From an uncultured Chloroflexia bacterium (GTDB lineage Bacteria; Chloroflexota; Limnocylindria; QHBO01): a DNA stretch of 64,000 nucleotides. This document shows, one piece after another, positions 22,279 through 31,903 of the stretch. Location of the stretch: positions 169,211 to 233,210 of the forward strand of contig CAVYGE010000002.1 of assembly GCA_963767985.1 (NCBI GenBank), read 5' to 3'. The first letter of the stretch is position 1; each line of letters opens with the position of its first letter. Position numbers and translations under genes: made by a program. A model generated the notes under the pieces. That model worked only from the letters and a program-made list of their open reading frames with translations. It was not told the DNA's origin and ran no database searches.

Positions 22279-22869
22279 TCACGTCCCGGGCTCCGTGTCC
22301 TCCACCTCGGGAAGCAGCGGGTAGTCCGGAATCGGATAGATCCCCAGGACGAAGCCGTATGCCGTGGTTCCAGAACGCGGCAGGCGGTCGAAGTCGTTGA
22401 CCAGCTCGACAGCCCGCGCCCAGAACTCGGCCGCACGCTCCGGCGGGATCCGGGCATGACGGATGTACGACCACAGCCGATGGGCTTGATAGGCCGACTG
22501 CGACTCGTCCGCCGCCATCTCGAGATCGTTGAAGTCGAGCGGAAGGGGCTGGCCAGGCTCCCGCCGGCCGATGCCGATCGAGAACATGCGGGCCGTGCGC
22601 CCGAAGTACCGCTCGTCGATGGCGCGGACGCGACGGGTGCGCACCACGCGGACCAGCCCGGCCTCCTGGAGGACATCCATGTGGTACGCGACCGTGCTCC
22701 TGGGCTTCCCGACGGCCGTCGCGACCTCGCTCACGCTGGCGGCGCGCTCGTGGAGCAGCCCCAGGATGGTGGTCCGAAGCGGATGGCTGATGGCCTGGAC
22801 CTGCATCGGCGATGACAGCGCAAGCTCGTCGCGGAGGCGGTAGTCCGGACCGGTCGACTTGTCAGCCAT
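22279..22869 (-). CDS. ArsR-like winged HTH regulator
   Basis: AISHPLRTTILGLL..RAASVSEVA...STVAYHMDVLQEAGLV...RAIDERYFGR. Confidence 0.85.
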   Translation of the reverse strand: MADKSTGPDYRLRDELALSSPMQVQAISHPLRTTILGLLHERAASVSEVATAVGKPRSTVAYHMDVLQEAGLVRVVRTRRVRAIDERYFGRTARMFSIGIGRREPGQPLPLDFNDLEMAADESQSAYQAHRLWSYIRHARIPPERAAEFWARAVELVNDFDRLPRSGTTAYGFVLGIYPIPDYPLLPEVEDTEPGT

Positions 22870-22886
22870 GATGGATCAGACTAGCA

Positions 22887-22914
22887 TTCCCGAATGATCG
22901 GAAAATCCCGATCA
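22887..22914. promoter_or_regulatory. Putative operator between the ArsR-like gene and the hydrolase gene
   Basis: TGATCGG-N6-CCGATCA (22895-22914) overlapping TTCCCGA-N4-TCGGAAA. Confidence 0.55.
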
Positions 22915-22938
22915 ATACCGCGAGGAGGCATACCATCC

Positions 22939-23517
22939 ATGGCCGACGTCATCCTGCTCCACCATGTCCAGGGCCTCACGCCGGGCATGGCGGCGCTCGC
23001 CGACAGGCTCCGCGCCGAGGGACACACGGTCCACGCGCCCGACCTGTTCGACGGGCGTACGTTCCCCACCCTCGACGAGGGAATGGCGCACGCCAAGTCG
23101 ATCGGCTTCGGCGCCCTCCAGGAGCGTGGCATCGCGGCGGCTGACGCGCTGCCGCCGGGCCTGGTCTTCATGGGCGTGTCGATGGGCGTGATGGCGGCCC
23201 AGCAGCTGGCCCAGACGCGAGATGGAGCTCTCGGCGCCGTGCTGATCGACTCGTGCATTCCCACCGAAGAGTTCGGCGGCCCGTGGCCCGATGGCGTGCC
23301 GGTCCAGGTCCACGGCATGGACGCCGATCCGATCTTCGCCGGCGAGGGCGACCTCGACGCGGCGCGCGCGCTGGTGGAGGAAGCCGACGAGGCCGAGCTG
23401 TTCGTGTACTCCGGCGCCCAGCACCTGTGGTCGGACTCGTCCCTGGCCTCCCACGACGCCGAGGCGACCGAGCTCATGATCACGCGAGTCCTGGAATTCC
23501 TCTCCGGGCGCCCATGA
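22939..23517 (+). CDS. Dienelactone hydrolase family protein
   Basis: LLHHVQGLT, PDLFDG, GVSMG nucleophile elbow, Y.G..HLW.D. Confidence 0.85.
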   Translation: MADVILLHHVQGLTPGMAALADRLRAEGHTVHAPDLFDGRTFPTLDEGMAHAKSIGFGALQERGIAAADALPPGLVFMGVSMGVMAAQQLAQTRDGALGAVLIDSCIPTEEFGGPWPDGVPVQVHGMDADPIFAGEGDLDAARALVEEADEAELFVYSGAQHLWSDSSLASHDAEATELMITRVLEFLSGRP

Positions 23518-23552
23518 GCGACTGACTCGACACAGCGCCTATAGTCCGGCCC

Positions 23553-25276
23553 ATGACCGACCCCGTCCCCTACGACCCGCGCGAGCACTCGCGCGTTCTG
23601 CTCGACGGCCCGGACCGCGCGGCCGCGCGCGCGATGCTCAAGGCCATCGGCTTCACCGACGATGACCTGTCGAAGCCGATCATCGGCGTCGGGACGACCT
23701 GGATCGAGACGATGCCCTGCAACTACAACCAGCGCGAGCTGGCGGAGCACGTGAAGGCCGGCATCCGGGCGGCGGGCGGCACTCCGATGGAGTTCAACAC
23801 CATCGCCGTCAGCGACGGCGTCTCGATGGGCACCGAGGGCATGAAGGCCTCGCTCGTGTCGCGAGAGGTGATCGCCGACTCGATCGAGCTGGTGGCGCGC
23901 GGCCACCTGTTCGACGGACTCGTCTGCATCGTCGGCTGCGACAAGACGCTGCCCGGCGCGGCCATGGCGCTCGCTCGCCTGGACCTGCCGGGGCTTGCCC
24001 TCTACAGCGGCACCATTAACCCGGGCGTCGTCCGCGGGAAGCGCGACGCGACGGTCGTGACCGTGTTCGAGGCGATCGGGGCTTATCGGGCCGGCAAGAT
24101 CTCGCTCGAGGAGCTGCGCGAGATCGAGGACGCGTCCGTGTCCGGGCCCCGGCGCCTGCGGCGGGCAGTTCACGGCGAACACGATGAGCACCGCGCTCGA
24201 GTTCCTGGGGATCTCGCCCGGCGGTCTGAACGGGATCCCGGCGACGGATCCGGCGAAGCTGGACGCGGCACATCGGTCCGGTGAGCTCGTGATGGAGCTG
24301 GTGAACGGCGGAATCCGACCCTCGGCGATCATGACGCGTGCCGCCATCGACAACGCGATCGCCTCGGTCGCGGCGACCGGTGGCTCGACAAACGGCGTGC
24401 TGCATCTGCTCGGGATCGCCCATGAGCTGGGGATTCCGCTGGAGATCGATGACTTCGATCGGATCGCCGAGCGGACGCCGATCGTCGCATCGCTCATGCC
24501 CGGAGGGCGCTTCACCGCGCTCGACATCCACGAGGCGGGTGGGATCGGCCTTGTCGCCCGCGAGCTGATCCGCGGGGGTGTCGTGGACGGATCCACGCGG
24601 AACGTCGACGGCCGGACGCTGGCCGAGGTCGCCGATGCGGCCGTCGAGACCGTCGGCCAGGAGGTGGTCGTCTCGATCGAGCACCCGATCAAGCCGACCG
24701 GGGGCCTCGCCATCCTGCGTGGGTCGCTCGCACCGGACGGCTGCGTCATCAAGCTGGCCGGGCACGAGCGGCGCTCGTTCCGCGGCCCGGCGCGCGTCTT
24801 CGACTCGGAGGCTGCGTGCTACGACGCGGTGCGAGCGCAGCGCATCGGCGAGGGTGACGTCGTCGTCATTCGCTACGAGGGGCCCGTCGGCGGACCGGGC
24901 ATGCAGGAGATGCTGTCGGTCACCGCGGCGCTCGTCGGCGAGGGGCTGGGCGGGGACGTGGCGCTCCTCACCGACGGCCGCTTCAGTGGCGGAACCCACG
25001 GGCTGATGATCGGTCACGTGGCGCCCGAGGCGGCGCTCGGCGGGCCGATCGCGCTGGTCCAGGAGGGCGACGAGATCGTCGATCGACGTCGACGCGCGGC
25101 GGCTTGACCTGGTCGTCGACGAGTCGGAGCTGGAGCGGCGGCGCGGCGCGTGGTCGGCGCCGGAGCCTCGCTACGCCGGTGGCGTGATGGCCAAGTACGC
25201 GGCGCTCGTGTCATCGGCCTCGGAGGGCGCCGTCACGACCGGCCGCCGGCTCCGGGACGCCCTCGGGCGCGGCTGA
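23553..25276 (+). CDS. ilvD: Dihydroxy-acid dehydratase (frameshifts ~24135 and ~25080)
   Basis: [70 protein letters not shown]. Confidence 0.95.
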
Positions 25277-25292
25277 CCTGTGCCTGGTCACC

Positions 25293-25475
25293 GGCAATCC
25301 TCTCAGATGCTCATCCAGGGAACGTAAGAGCGACTCCGCGGCCGGAAACCCTGTCAGATGGTGCATGAGCTGAGCCGATGACAGCCTTCCAGCGCGCCGC
25401 CACGCTCGGCTACGGTGGCATGCCGTCGAGCAACCATGGATTGCGTTCCGGTGGTGAGACTCTGATAGGAAAGTC
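25293..25475 (+). ncRNA. Candidate structured ncRNA, 6S RNA-like rod (~183 nt); strand tentative
   Basis: Ends pair over ~35 nt (TCCT/AGGA, TCAGA/TCTGA, CTCA/TGAG, CCA/TGG, GGAACGTAA/TTGCGTTCC), with a central bubble and apical stem (GGAA/TTCC, CTGTCA/TGACAG); G-U pairs favour the + strand. Confidence 0.5.
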
Positions 25476-25551
25476 ACCGGGTCTCGCCTCGCCCCTGGCC
25501 CGATCACGAGGAAACCGGCCGCGGGGTTGACAGGACTGGTAGGGTCGCCCC

Positions 25552-25695
25552 ATGTCCACTGAGCGCGGCACCGTCGCCGCCGAGTCCACCGTGCGCCCGT
25601 ACCAGGCCGGGCTTCTCGGCGTGCTCGTACTCATCAGCATTCTTCGGCTCGTCATCCTTCTTGGATGGCGGGATGGAGGACGCTCGACCGAGTAG
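25552..25695 (+). CDS. ilvL: ilv/leu attenuator leader peptide (47 aa, LLGVLVLISILRLVILL)
   Basis: Leaderless ATG 6 nt after TGgTAGGGT; dense Leu/Val/Ile run using CTT/GTA/ATT codons; followed by a terminator before ilvB. Confidence 0.85.
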   Translation: MSTERGTVAAESTVRPYQAGLLGVLVLISILRLVILLGWRDGGRSTE

Positions 25696-25726
25696 CCGGA
25701 CAGGCACCCGAAACAGCGAAGCCGCC

Positions 25727-25764
25727 ACCCCGCCAGGCCGAGAGCCAGGCGGGGTTCTTGTTTC
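25727..25764 (+). terminator. ilv attenuator terminator
   Basis: ACCCCGCC-A-GGC-CGAGA-GCC-A-GGCGGGGT followed by TCTTGTTTC; 5' arm is sequestered by the alternative pairing 25666-76/25725-35. Confidence 0.82.
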
Positions 25765-25784
25765 TCCCAGAGGACCCGAGCACC

Positions 25785-27530
25785 ATGACAGCCCTCCCCC
25801 ACCCGTCAGCCCCGCAGCCCCAACGACAGGTCGAGCCCCGCATCGGCGCACGCGCCGTGTGCGAGGGGCTCGTGCGCGAGGGCGTCACGACGATCTTCGG
25901 CTACCCCGGCGGCACCGTCCTGCCGATCTACGACGTGCTGCGCGAGTTCCCCCTGCGCCACATCCTCGTCCGCCACGAGCAGGGCGGCGCGCATGCGGCC
26001 GACGGATTCTCGCGCGCCACCGGCGGCGTGGGCGTGGCGATCGCCACCAGCGGCCCGGGTGCCATCAACCTCGTGACGGGCCTGGCGACGGCCATGATGG
26101 ACAGCGTCCCGATGGTCGCCATCACCGGCAACGTGCCGCGTGCGCTGCTCGGCAAGGACGCATTCCAGGAGACCGATATCGTCGGGATCGCGCTGCCGGT
26201 CACGAAGTTCGCCACGGTCGTCATGGACCCCGACGAGGTCCCGTACGCGGTCGCCGAGGCGTTCGAGATCGCGCGCAGCGGACGGCCGGGGCCGGTCCTG
26301 CTCGACTTCCCGAAGGACGTGCTGCAGGAGGAGACGCGCGTCGCGCACCCAGAGCCATACGAGCTGCGCCTGCCCGGCCTGCTGCGACCTGTCCGCGGCG
26401 ACGTGCCGGAGGCCGATGAGCTGACCGAGATGATCGCCGCGGCCGAGCGACCCCTCATCCTGTCCGGCCACGGCGTGCAGATCGCGAACGCGGTCGACCT
26501 GCTGCGCGAGGTCGCCGAGCGAACCGAGATCCCGGTCGCGCACACGCTGCTGGGCATCGGCAACATCGACGAGACGCATCGGCTCAGCGCGGGCTACGCC
26601 GGCATGCACGGCTGGATGCACGTCAACAAGATGATCCAGCAGTGTGACCTGCTGATCGGGATCGGCTGCCGCTACGACGATCGGATCACCGGCAAGACGA
26701 GCACGTTCGCGCCGAACGCCAAGATCGTGCACGTCGACGTCGACCGGAGCGAGATCGGCAAGAATGTCCGGACCGACCTCGGCATCGTCGCCGATGCGGG
26801 CGATCTGCTCGCCGCGCTCCTGCGGCGCCTGCCGCAGTCCGAGCCGCGCACCGAGTGGATGGCGCAGCTCGCCGCCTGGCGGGAGGTCAGCGAGGCGCGC
26901 TCGTGGCACGGCTCCGGCGCCTGGCGCGAGGGCCGCCTCTCGGCCGACTACGTCGTCGACCAGATCGGCGAGGCCACGGACCACCAGGCGACGCTGGTCA
27001 GCGATGTCGGCCAGAACCAGATGTGGGCCGCGCGCTACTTCGGGTTCCGCAAGCCGTTCCATCACCTGTCGAGCGGTGGCCTCGGCACGATGGGCTACAG
27101 CGTCCCCGCGGCCATGGGCGCCGCACTCGGCGCGCCCGAGCGCGAGACGTGGGCCATCGTCGGCGACGGCGGATTCCAGATGACCATGCAGGAGCTCGCC
27201 ACGCTGGTGCAGGACCAGATCCCGGTGCGGATCGCCGTCCTCAACAACCATCGGCTGGGGATGATCCGGCAGTGGCAGGAGATCATCTACGACGAGAACT
27301 ACCACTCCGCCGAGCTGCTGGGTCCCGACCTCGTCCGCCTGTGCGAGGCATACGGCATCCCCGCCTGGCGCGCGACGCGGCCCGATGAGGTGGCCGGCGT
27401 GATCGCCGAGGCACGCAAGGCGCCGGGGCCGGCGCTCATCGACTTCCATCTCGACGAGGCGCAGAACGTCTACCCGATGATGCTCCCCGGCAAGGGCCTG
27501 TCCGACATGGTCGAAGGCTCATCCGAGTGA
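25785..27530 (+). CDS. ilvB: Acetolactate synthase large subunit
   Basis: [52 protein letters not shown]. Confidence 0.96.
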   Translation: MTALPHPSAPQPQRQVEPRIGARAVCEGLVREGVTTIFGYPGGTVLPIYDVLREFPLRHILVRHEQGGAHAADGFSRATGGVGVAIATSGPGAINLVTGLATAMMDSVPMVAITGNVPRALLGKDAFQETDIVGIALPVTKFATVVMDPDEVPYAVAEAFEIARSGRPGPVLLDFPKDVLQEETRVAHPEPYELRLPGLLRPVRGDVPEADELTEMIAAAERPLILSGHGVQIANAVDLLREVAERTEIPVAHTLLGIGNIDETHRLSAGYAGMHGWMHVNKMIQQCDLLIGIGCRYDDRITGKTSTFAPNAKIVHVDVDRSEIGKNVRTDLGIVADAGDLLAALLRRLPQSEPRTEWMAQLAAWREVSEARSWHGSGAWREGRLSADYVVDQIGEATDHQATLVSDVGQNQMWAARYFGFRKPFHHLSSGGLGTMGYSVPAAMGAALGAPERETWAIVGDGGFQMTMQELATLVQDQIPVRIAVLNNHRLGMIRQWQEIIYDENYHSAELLGPDLVRLCEAYGIPAWRATRPDEVAGVIAEARKAPGPALIDFHLDEAQNVYPMMLPGKGLSDMVEGSSE

Positions 27531-28099
27531 GCGCGATGGCAGCCCGCCAGACCCGACCGGCCGGCGAGGCCGATGCGGTCCACCGCCGGCACGTGGTGAG
27601 CGCGCTCGTCGTGGATCGGCCCGGGACGCTCAACCGCGTCTCCGGGCTGCTCCGTGCGCGGAGCTTCAACATCGAGTCGCTGACGGTCGGCACGACCCAC
27701 GAACCGGGGCGATCGCGCATGACGATCGCCATCCGCGGGGACGACGGCCACCTGCGCCAGGTGCTCGCGCAGCTCGAGCGGCTCATCGAGGTGCTCGATG
27801 TGACGGATCTCACGGTCGCTCCGCACCTCGAGCTGGAGCTCGTGCTCGTCGAGCTCACCCCGCCCCGCGGCACCGCCGACAAGCGCGAGATGGAGGACGT
27901 CCTGGCGTCCGCCGGCGGCGAGATCCTGACCCGCGACGCCGCCGTCTGGCGCGCCCGCCTGACGGCCGAGCCCGAGGCGATCAACCGCGCATTGGAGGCG
28001 CTTCGCAGCCACGGCCTGCGCCGCCTGGTGCGTGCCGGTGCCGTGGCCATGGCGGCGGATTCATCCAGCGACACCGAGAACGGAGCCACATCGGAATGA
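27527..28099 (+). CDS. ilvN: Acetolactate synthase small (ACT) subunit
   Basis: [42 protein letters not shown]. Confidence 0.93.
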   Translation: MSAMAARQTRPAGEADAVHRRHVVSALVVDRPGTLNRVSGLLRARSFNIESLTVGTTHEPGRSRMTIAIRGDDGHLRQVLAQLERLIEVLDVTDLTVAPHLELELVLVELTPPRGTADKREMEDVLASAGGEILTRDAAVWRARLTAEPEAINRALEALRSHGLRRLVRAGAVAMAADSSSDTENGATSE

Positions 28100-29161
28100 C
28101 CAAGCTCATCTACGACGCCGACATCGACGCATCGGCGCTCGACGGCCAGACCGTGGCAGTCATCGGCTACGGGAGCCAGGGCGAGGCGCACGCGCGCAAC
28201 CTCGCCGAGTCCGGCGTCGACGTCGTCGTCGGGCTGCGACCCGATTCGGCATCGGCCGAACGGGCGCGCGAGGCGGGACTCGAAGTCACCGACGCGGCCG
28301 AGGCCACGAAGCGCGCGAACGTCGTCATGGTCCTCGTCCCCGATACCGCGGCACCCGGCGTCTATCACGCCGAGATCGAGCCGAACCTCCAGGATGGCGC
28401 GCTGCTGATGTTCGCCCACGGCTTCAACATCCACTTCGGGGAGGTCGACCCGCCCGGCGGCATCGACGTCGGGATGGTGGCCCCGAAGGGCCCGGGCCAC
28501 CTCGTGCGACGGCTGTACGAGGGAGGCGGTGGCGTCCCGGCCCTGTTCGCGGTGCATCGCGAGGCCACCGGCAGCGCGCGCACGCGGACCCTCGCCTACG
28601 CCCGCGGAATCGGCGCCGGGAGGGCCGGCATCCTCGAGACGACCTTCGCGGAAGAGACCGAGACCGACCTGTTCGGTGAGCAGGCCGTGCTGTGCGGCGG
28701 TGTCACGTCGCTCGTCCAGGCGGGATTCGAGACGCTGGTCGACGCCGGCTATCAGCCCGAGCTCGCGTACTTCGAGACCATGCACGAGCTCAAGCTCATC
28801 GTCGATCTCATGTACCAGGGCGGCATGCAGTACATGCGCTACTCGATCAGCGACACCGCCGAGTACGGCGACTACGTCTCGGGGCCGCGCATCGTGAACG
28901 AGGCGACCCGGGCCGAGATGAAGCAGATCCTGACCGAGATCCAGGACGGCAGCTTCGCGAAGCGCTGGATCGAGGAGGGCCGCCGCGGCGCACCCGAGTT
29001 CAAGCGGATGCGGGCCGAGAACGCGGGCTCGCGGCTCGAGGAGGTCGGCGCCGAGCTGCGATCGCACATGGCCTTCATCGGCCCGAAGCAGGCACCCGAC
29101 GGCTGGGCCGAGGGCGGCCGCCGGACGGCCGATACGCCGAGCGGCGAGGGCCAGGAGCTGA
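28096..29161 (+). CDS. ilvC: Ketol-acid reductoisomerase (reads in frame into leuA in this assembly)
   Basis: [65 protein letters not shown]. Confidence 0.95.
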
Positions 29162-30804
29162 TGCCCCGGATCCGCATCTTCGACACCACCCTTCGCGACG
29201 GCGAGCAGACCCCGGGGGCGTCCCTGACCGTCGACGAGAAGGTGACCGTGGCGCGCCAGCTGGCGCGGACCCGGGTCGACGTCATCGAGGCCGGCTTTCC
29301 GGCGGCGTCGCCGGGCGAGGCCGAGGCCGTGCGCCGCATCTCCCAGGAGGTCGGCGCCGCCGACGACGCCCCGGCGATCGCCGCACTGGCGCGCTGCGTG
29401 CCGGCCGACGTGACGGTCGCCGCCGCGGCACTGGAGCCGGCGCGCAGGCGCCAGCTCCACGTCTTCATCGCCACCAGCGACATCCACATCACGCACAAGC
29501 TGCGCACGACCCGCGAGGACGTGCTCGAGCGCATCCGGACCTGCGTGGCACAGGCACGGCGCATGGTCGGGCCCGACCACGACGTCGAGTTCAGCGCCGA
29601 GGACGCGTCGCGGTCGGAGCTGCCGTTCCTGCTCGAGGCGTACGAGGCTGCCGTGGAGGCCGGCGCGACGGTCATCAACGTGCCGGACACCGTCGGCTAC
29701 ACCGAGCCGAAGGAGTTCGCGGCGGTCGTGAAGCAGGTCGTCAAGCTCTGCGGCAAGCGCGCGATCGTGAGCACGCATTGCCACAACGACCTGGGCCTGG
29801 CCACGGCGAACACCCTGGCGGGCATCCAGGCGGGGGCGCGCCAGGTCGAGGTGACCGTTAACGGCCTGGGAGAGCGCGCCGGGAACGCGTCGCTGGAAGA
29901 GGTCGTGATGGCACTCCGCACCCGGCCCGCCCAGTTCCGCTCGGCAACCACCGGCGTCGCCACCGAGCAGCTGACGAGCACGAGCCGCCTGGTGAGCTAT
30001 CTGACGGGCATCGTGGTGCAGCCGAACAAGAGCGTCGTGGGTGCCAATGCCTTCGCGCACGAGTCGGGGATCCACCAGGACGGCTTCCTGAAGAACCCGC
30101 TGACCTACGAGATCATGACCCCCGAGTCGGTCGGCCTGTCCGGCTCGACGCTCACGCTGGGCAAGCTCTCCGGCCGCGCCGGATTCGACGAGCGGCTGCG
30201 GCGCCTGGGGATCCATGTCGAGCCCGAGACACTCGACACCCTCTACGCCGAGGCGATCACGCTCGGCGACCAGAAGAAGCAGGTGACCGATGCGGATCTG
30301 CTGGCGCTGGCCGAACTGCACGCCGATCCGGTGCCGCAGCTCGTGGGGCTCGAGCACTGGGCGGCAGCCAGCCGCCAGGGCGAGTCGAGCTCCGGCAACG
30401 TGTCGCTCTTCTACGAGGGCAAGACGTTCCGCGCCTTCGCCGGCGGCAATGGACCGGTCGACGCGTTGCTGTCGGCGGTGGACAACGCCCTGGAGCAGAT
30501 CATCAGCGGCCGTCCTCAGCTCGTGGACTACCAGCTGCGCTCGGTCGGGTCCGGCGAGGATGCGCAGGGAGAGGCGACGGTCAAGATCTCGGCTCCCGCC
30601 GGCGATGGCGACGTGCCCCAGACCTTCACCGGCCATGGCCTCTCCACCAACGTCGTGGAGGCGTCGCTGCGTGCGTACATCTCCGCCGTCAACAAGCTGA
30701 TCGCGGAGCACCCCGCGGCCGCGGATGCGGTGGCGGCGGCTCGCCAGCGTCGCACCGGTGGCGACCCTGATCCCGTCCCGACCCCCGCCGGAAGCCATCC
30801 ATGA
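29161..30804 (+). CDS. leuA: 2-isopropylmalate synthase
   Basis: [40 protein letters not shown]-terminal GNGPVDA and NVVEAS regulatory domain; own GGAG SD before the ATG. Confidence 0.95.
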   Translation: MPRIRIFDTTLRDGEQTPGASLTVDEKVTVARQLARTRVDVIEAGFPAASPGEAEAVRRISQEVGAADDAPAIAALARCVPADVTVAAAALEPARRRQLHVFIATSDIHITHKLRTTREDVLERIRTCVAQARRMVGPDHDVEFSAEDASRSELPFLLEAYEAAVEAGATVINVPDTVGYTEPKEFAAVVKQVVKLCGKRAIVSTHCHNDLGLATANTLAGIQAGARQVEVTVNGLGERAGNASLEEVVMALRTRPAQFRSATTGVATEQLTSTSRLVSYLTGIVVQPNKSVVGANAFAHESGIHQDGFLKNPLTYEIMTPESVGLSGSTLTLGKLSGRAGFDERLRRLGIHVEPETLDTLYAEAITLGDQKKQVTDADLLALAELHADPVPQLVGLEHWAAASRQGESSSGNVSLFYEGKTFRAFAGGNGPVDALLSAVDNALEQIISGRPQLVDYQLRSVGSGEDAQGEATVKISAPAGDGDVPQTFTGHGLSTNVVEASLRAYISAVNKLIAEHPAAADAVAAARQRRTGGDPDPVPTPAGSHP

Positions 30805-31903
30805 GGACCCATTCGGTCGCCTATCTGCCCGGCGACGGGATCGGGCCGGAGGTCTGCGCCGCGGCCCGTCGCTGTGTCGACGCGTCCGGCGACGGCGTTC
30901 GGTTTCAACGTCAGCTGGAACGAGCAGAGCGTGGGAGGAACGGCCATCGACGAGTCGGGCCGGGCCCTCCCGCCGACGACGCTCGAGGCGTGCCGATCCG
31001 CCGACGCGATCCTCCTGGGTGCGGTCGGTGGACCGCGCTGGGACGACCCGGCGGCCACGGCCCGGCCGGAGGATGCGCTGCTGGCCCTGCGTTCCGAGCT
31101 CGAGCTGTTCGCCAACCTCCGCCCCGTGACGGCGCACCCGGCGCTCGCCGCGGCCTCGCCCCTGCGTCCCGAGGTGCGCGACGGCGCCGACATCCTCATC
31201 CTGCGCGAGCTCACCGGGGGCCTGTACTTCGGCCGTCCGCAGGGTCGCGAGGAGCACGACGGTGTCGAGTCGGTGGTCGACACCCTGCGCTACACCCGCG
31301 CCGAGATCGAGCGCATCGTCGAGCTGGCATTCGAGCTGGCCGAGGGCCGGCGCGGACACCTGACCAGCGTGGACAAGGCCAACGTGCTGGCCTCGAGCCG
31401 CCTGTGGCGCGAGGTCGTCAACGAGGTTGCCGCCCGCCATCCGGCCGTGACGGTCGAGCACGCCCTCGTCGACTCGACCGCGTATCTCCTGCTGACCCAG
31501 CCGACCCACTACGACGTGATCGTCACCGAGAACCTGTTCGGCGACATCCTGTCGGACGAGGCGGCGGCGATCGCAGGGTCGCTCGGCCTCATGGCGTCGG
31601 CCAGCCTCGGGACGCGCACCACCGCCACGGGACGCATCGGCATGTACGAGCCGGTCCACGGCAGCGCACCGGGCATCGCCGGCCAGGGCGTGGCGAACCC
31701 GCTGGCCACCGTCGCCAGCGCCGCGATGATGCTGCGCCTGAGCCTTGGCGAGGCCGATGCCGCCGACGACCTGGAGTCCGCGGTGACGTGCGGCGATCGA
31801 GGGTGGCCCGCGGACCGCGGACCTCGGCGGGTCGGACGGGACCGCGGCGGTCACGGAGTACCTGCTGGGGCGCATCGGCGCCGGATTGGAAGTGACGGCA
31901 TGA
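30801..31903 (+). CDS. leuB: 3-isopropylmalate dehydrogenase (frameshifts ~30890 and ~31790)
   Basis: [56 protein letters not shown]. Confidence 0.95.

Noticed and set aside
25309-25520. SAM-I riboswitch or RNase P RNA (CTCATCCAG, GCAACC, AGGAAAGTC fragments)
   Set aside because: The motif order, spacing and remaining conserved elements do not fit; the end-to-end rod fold explains the region better.
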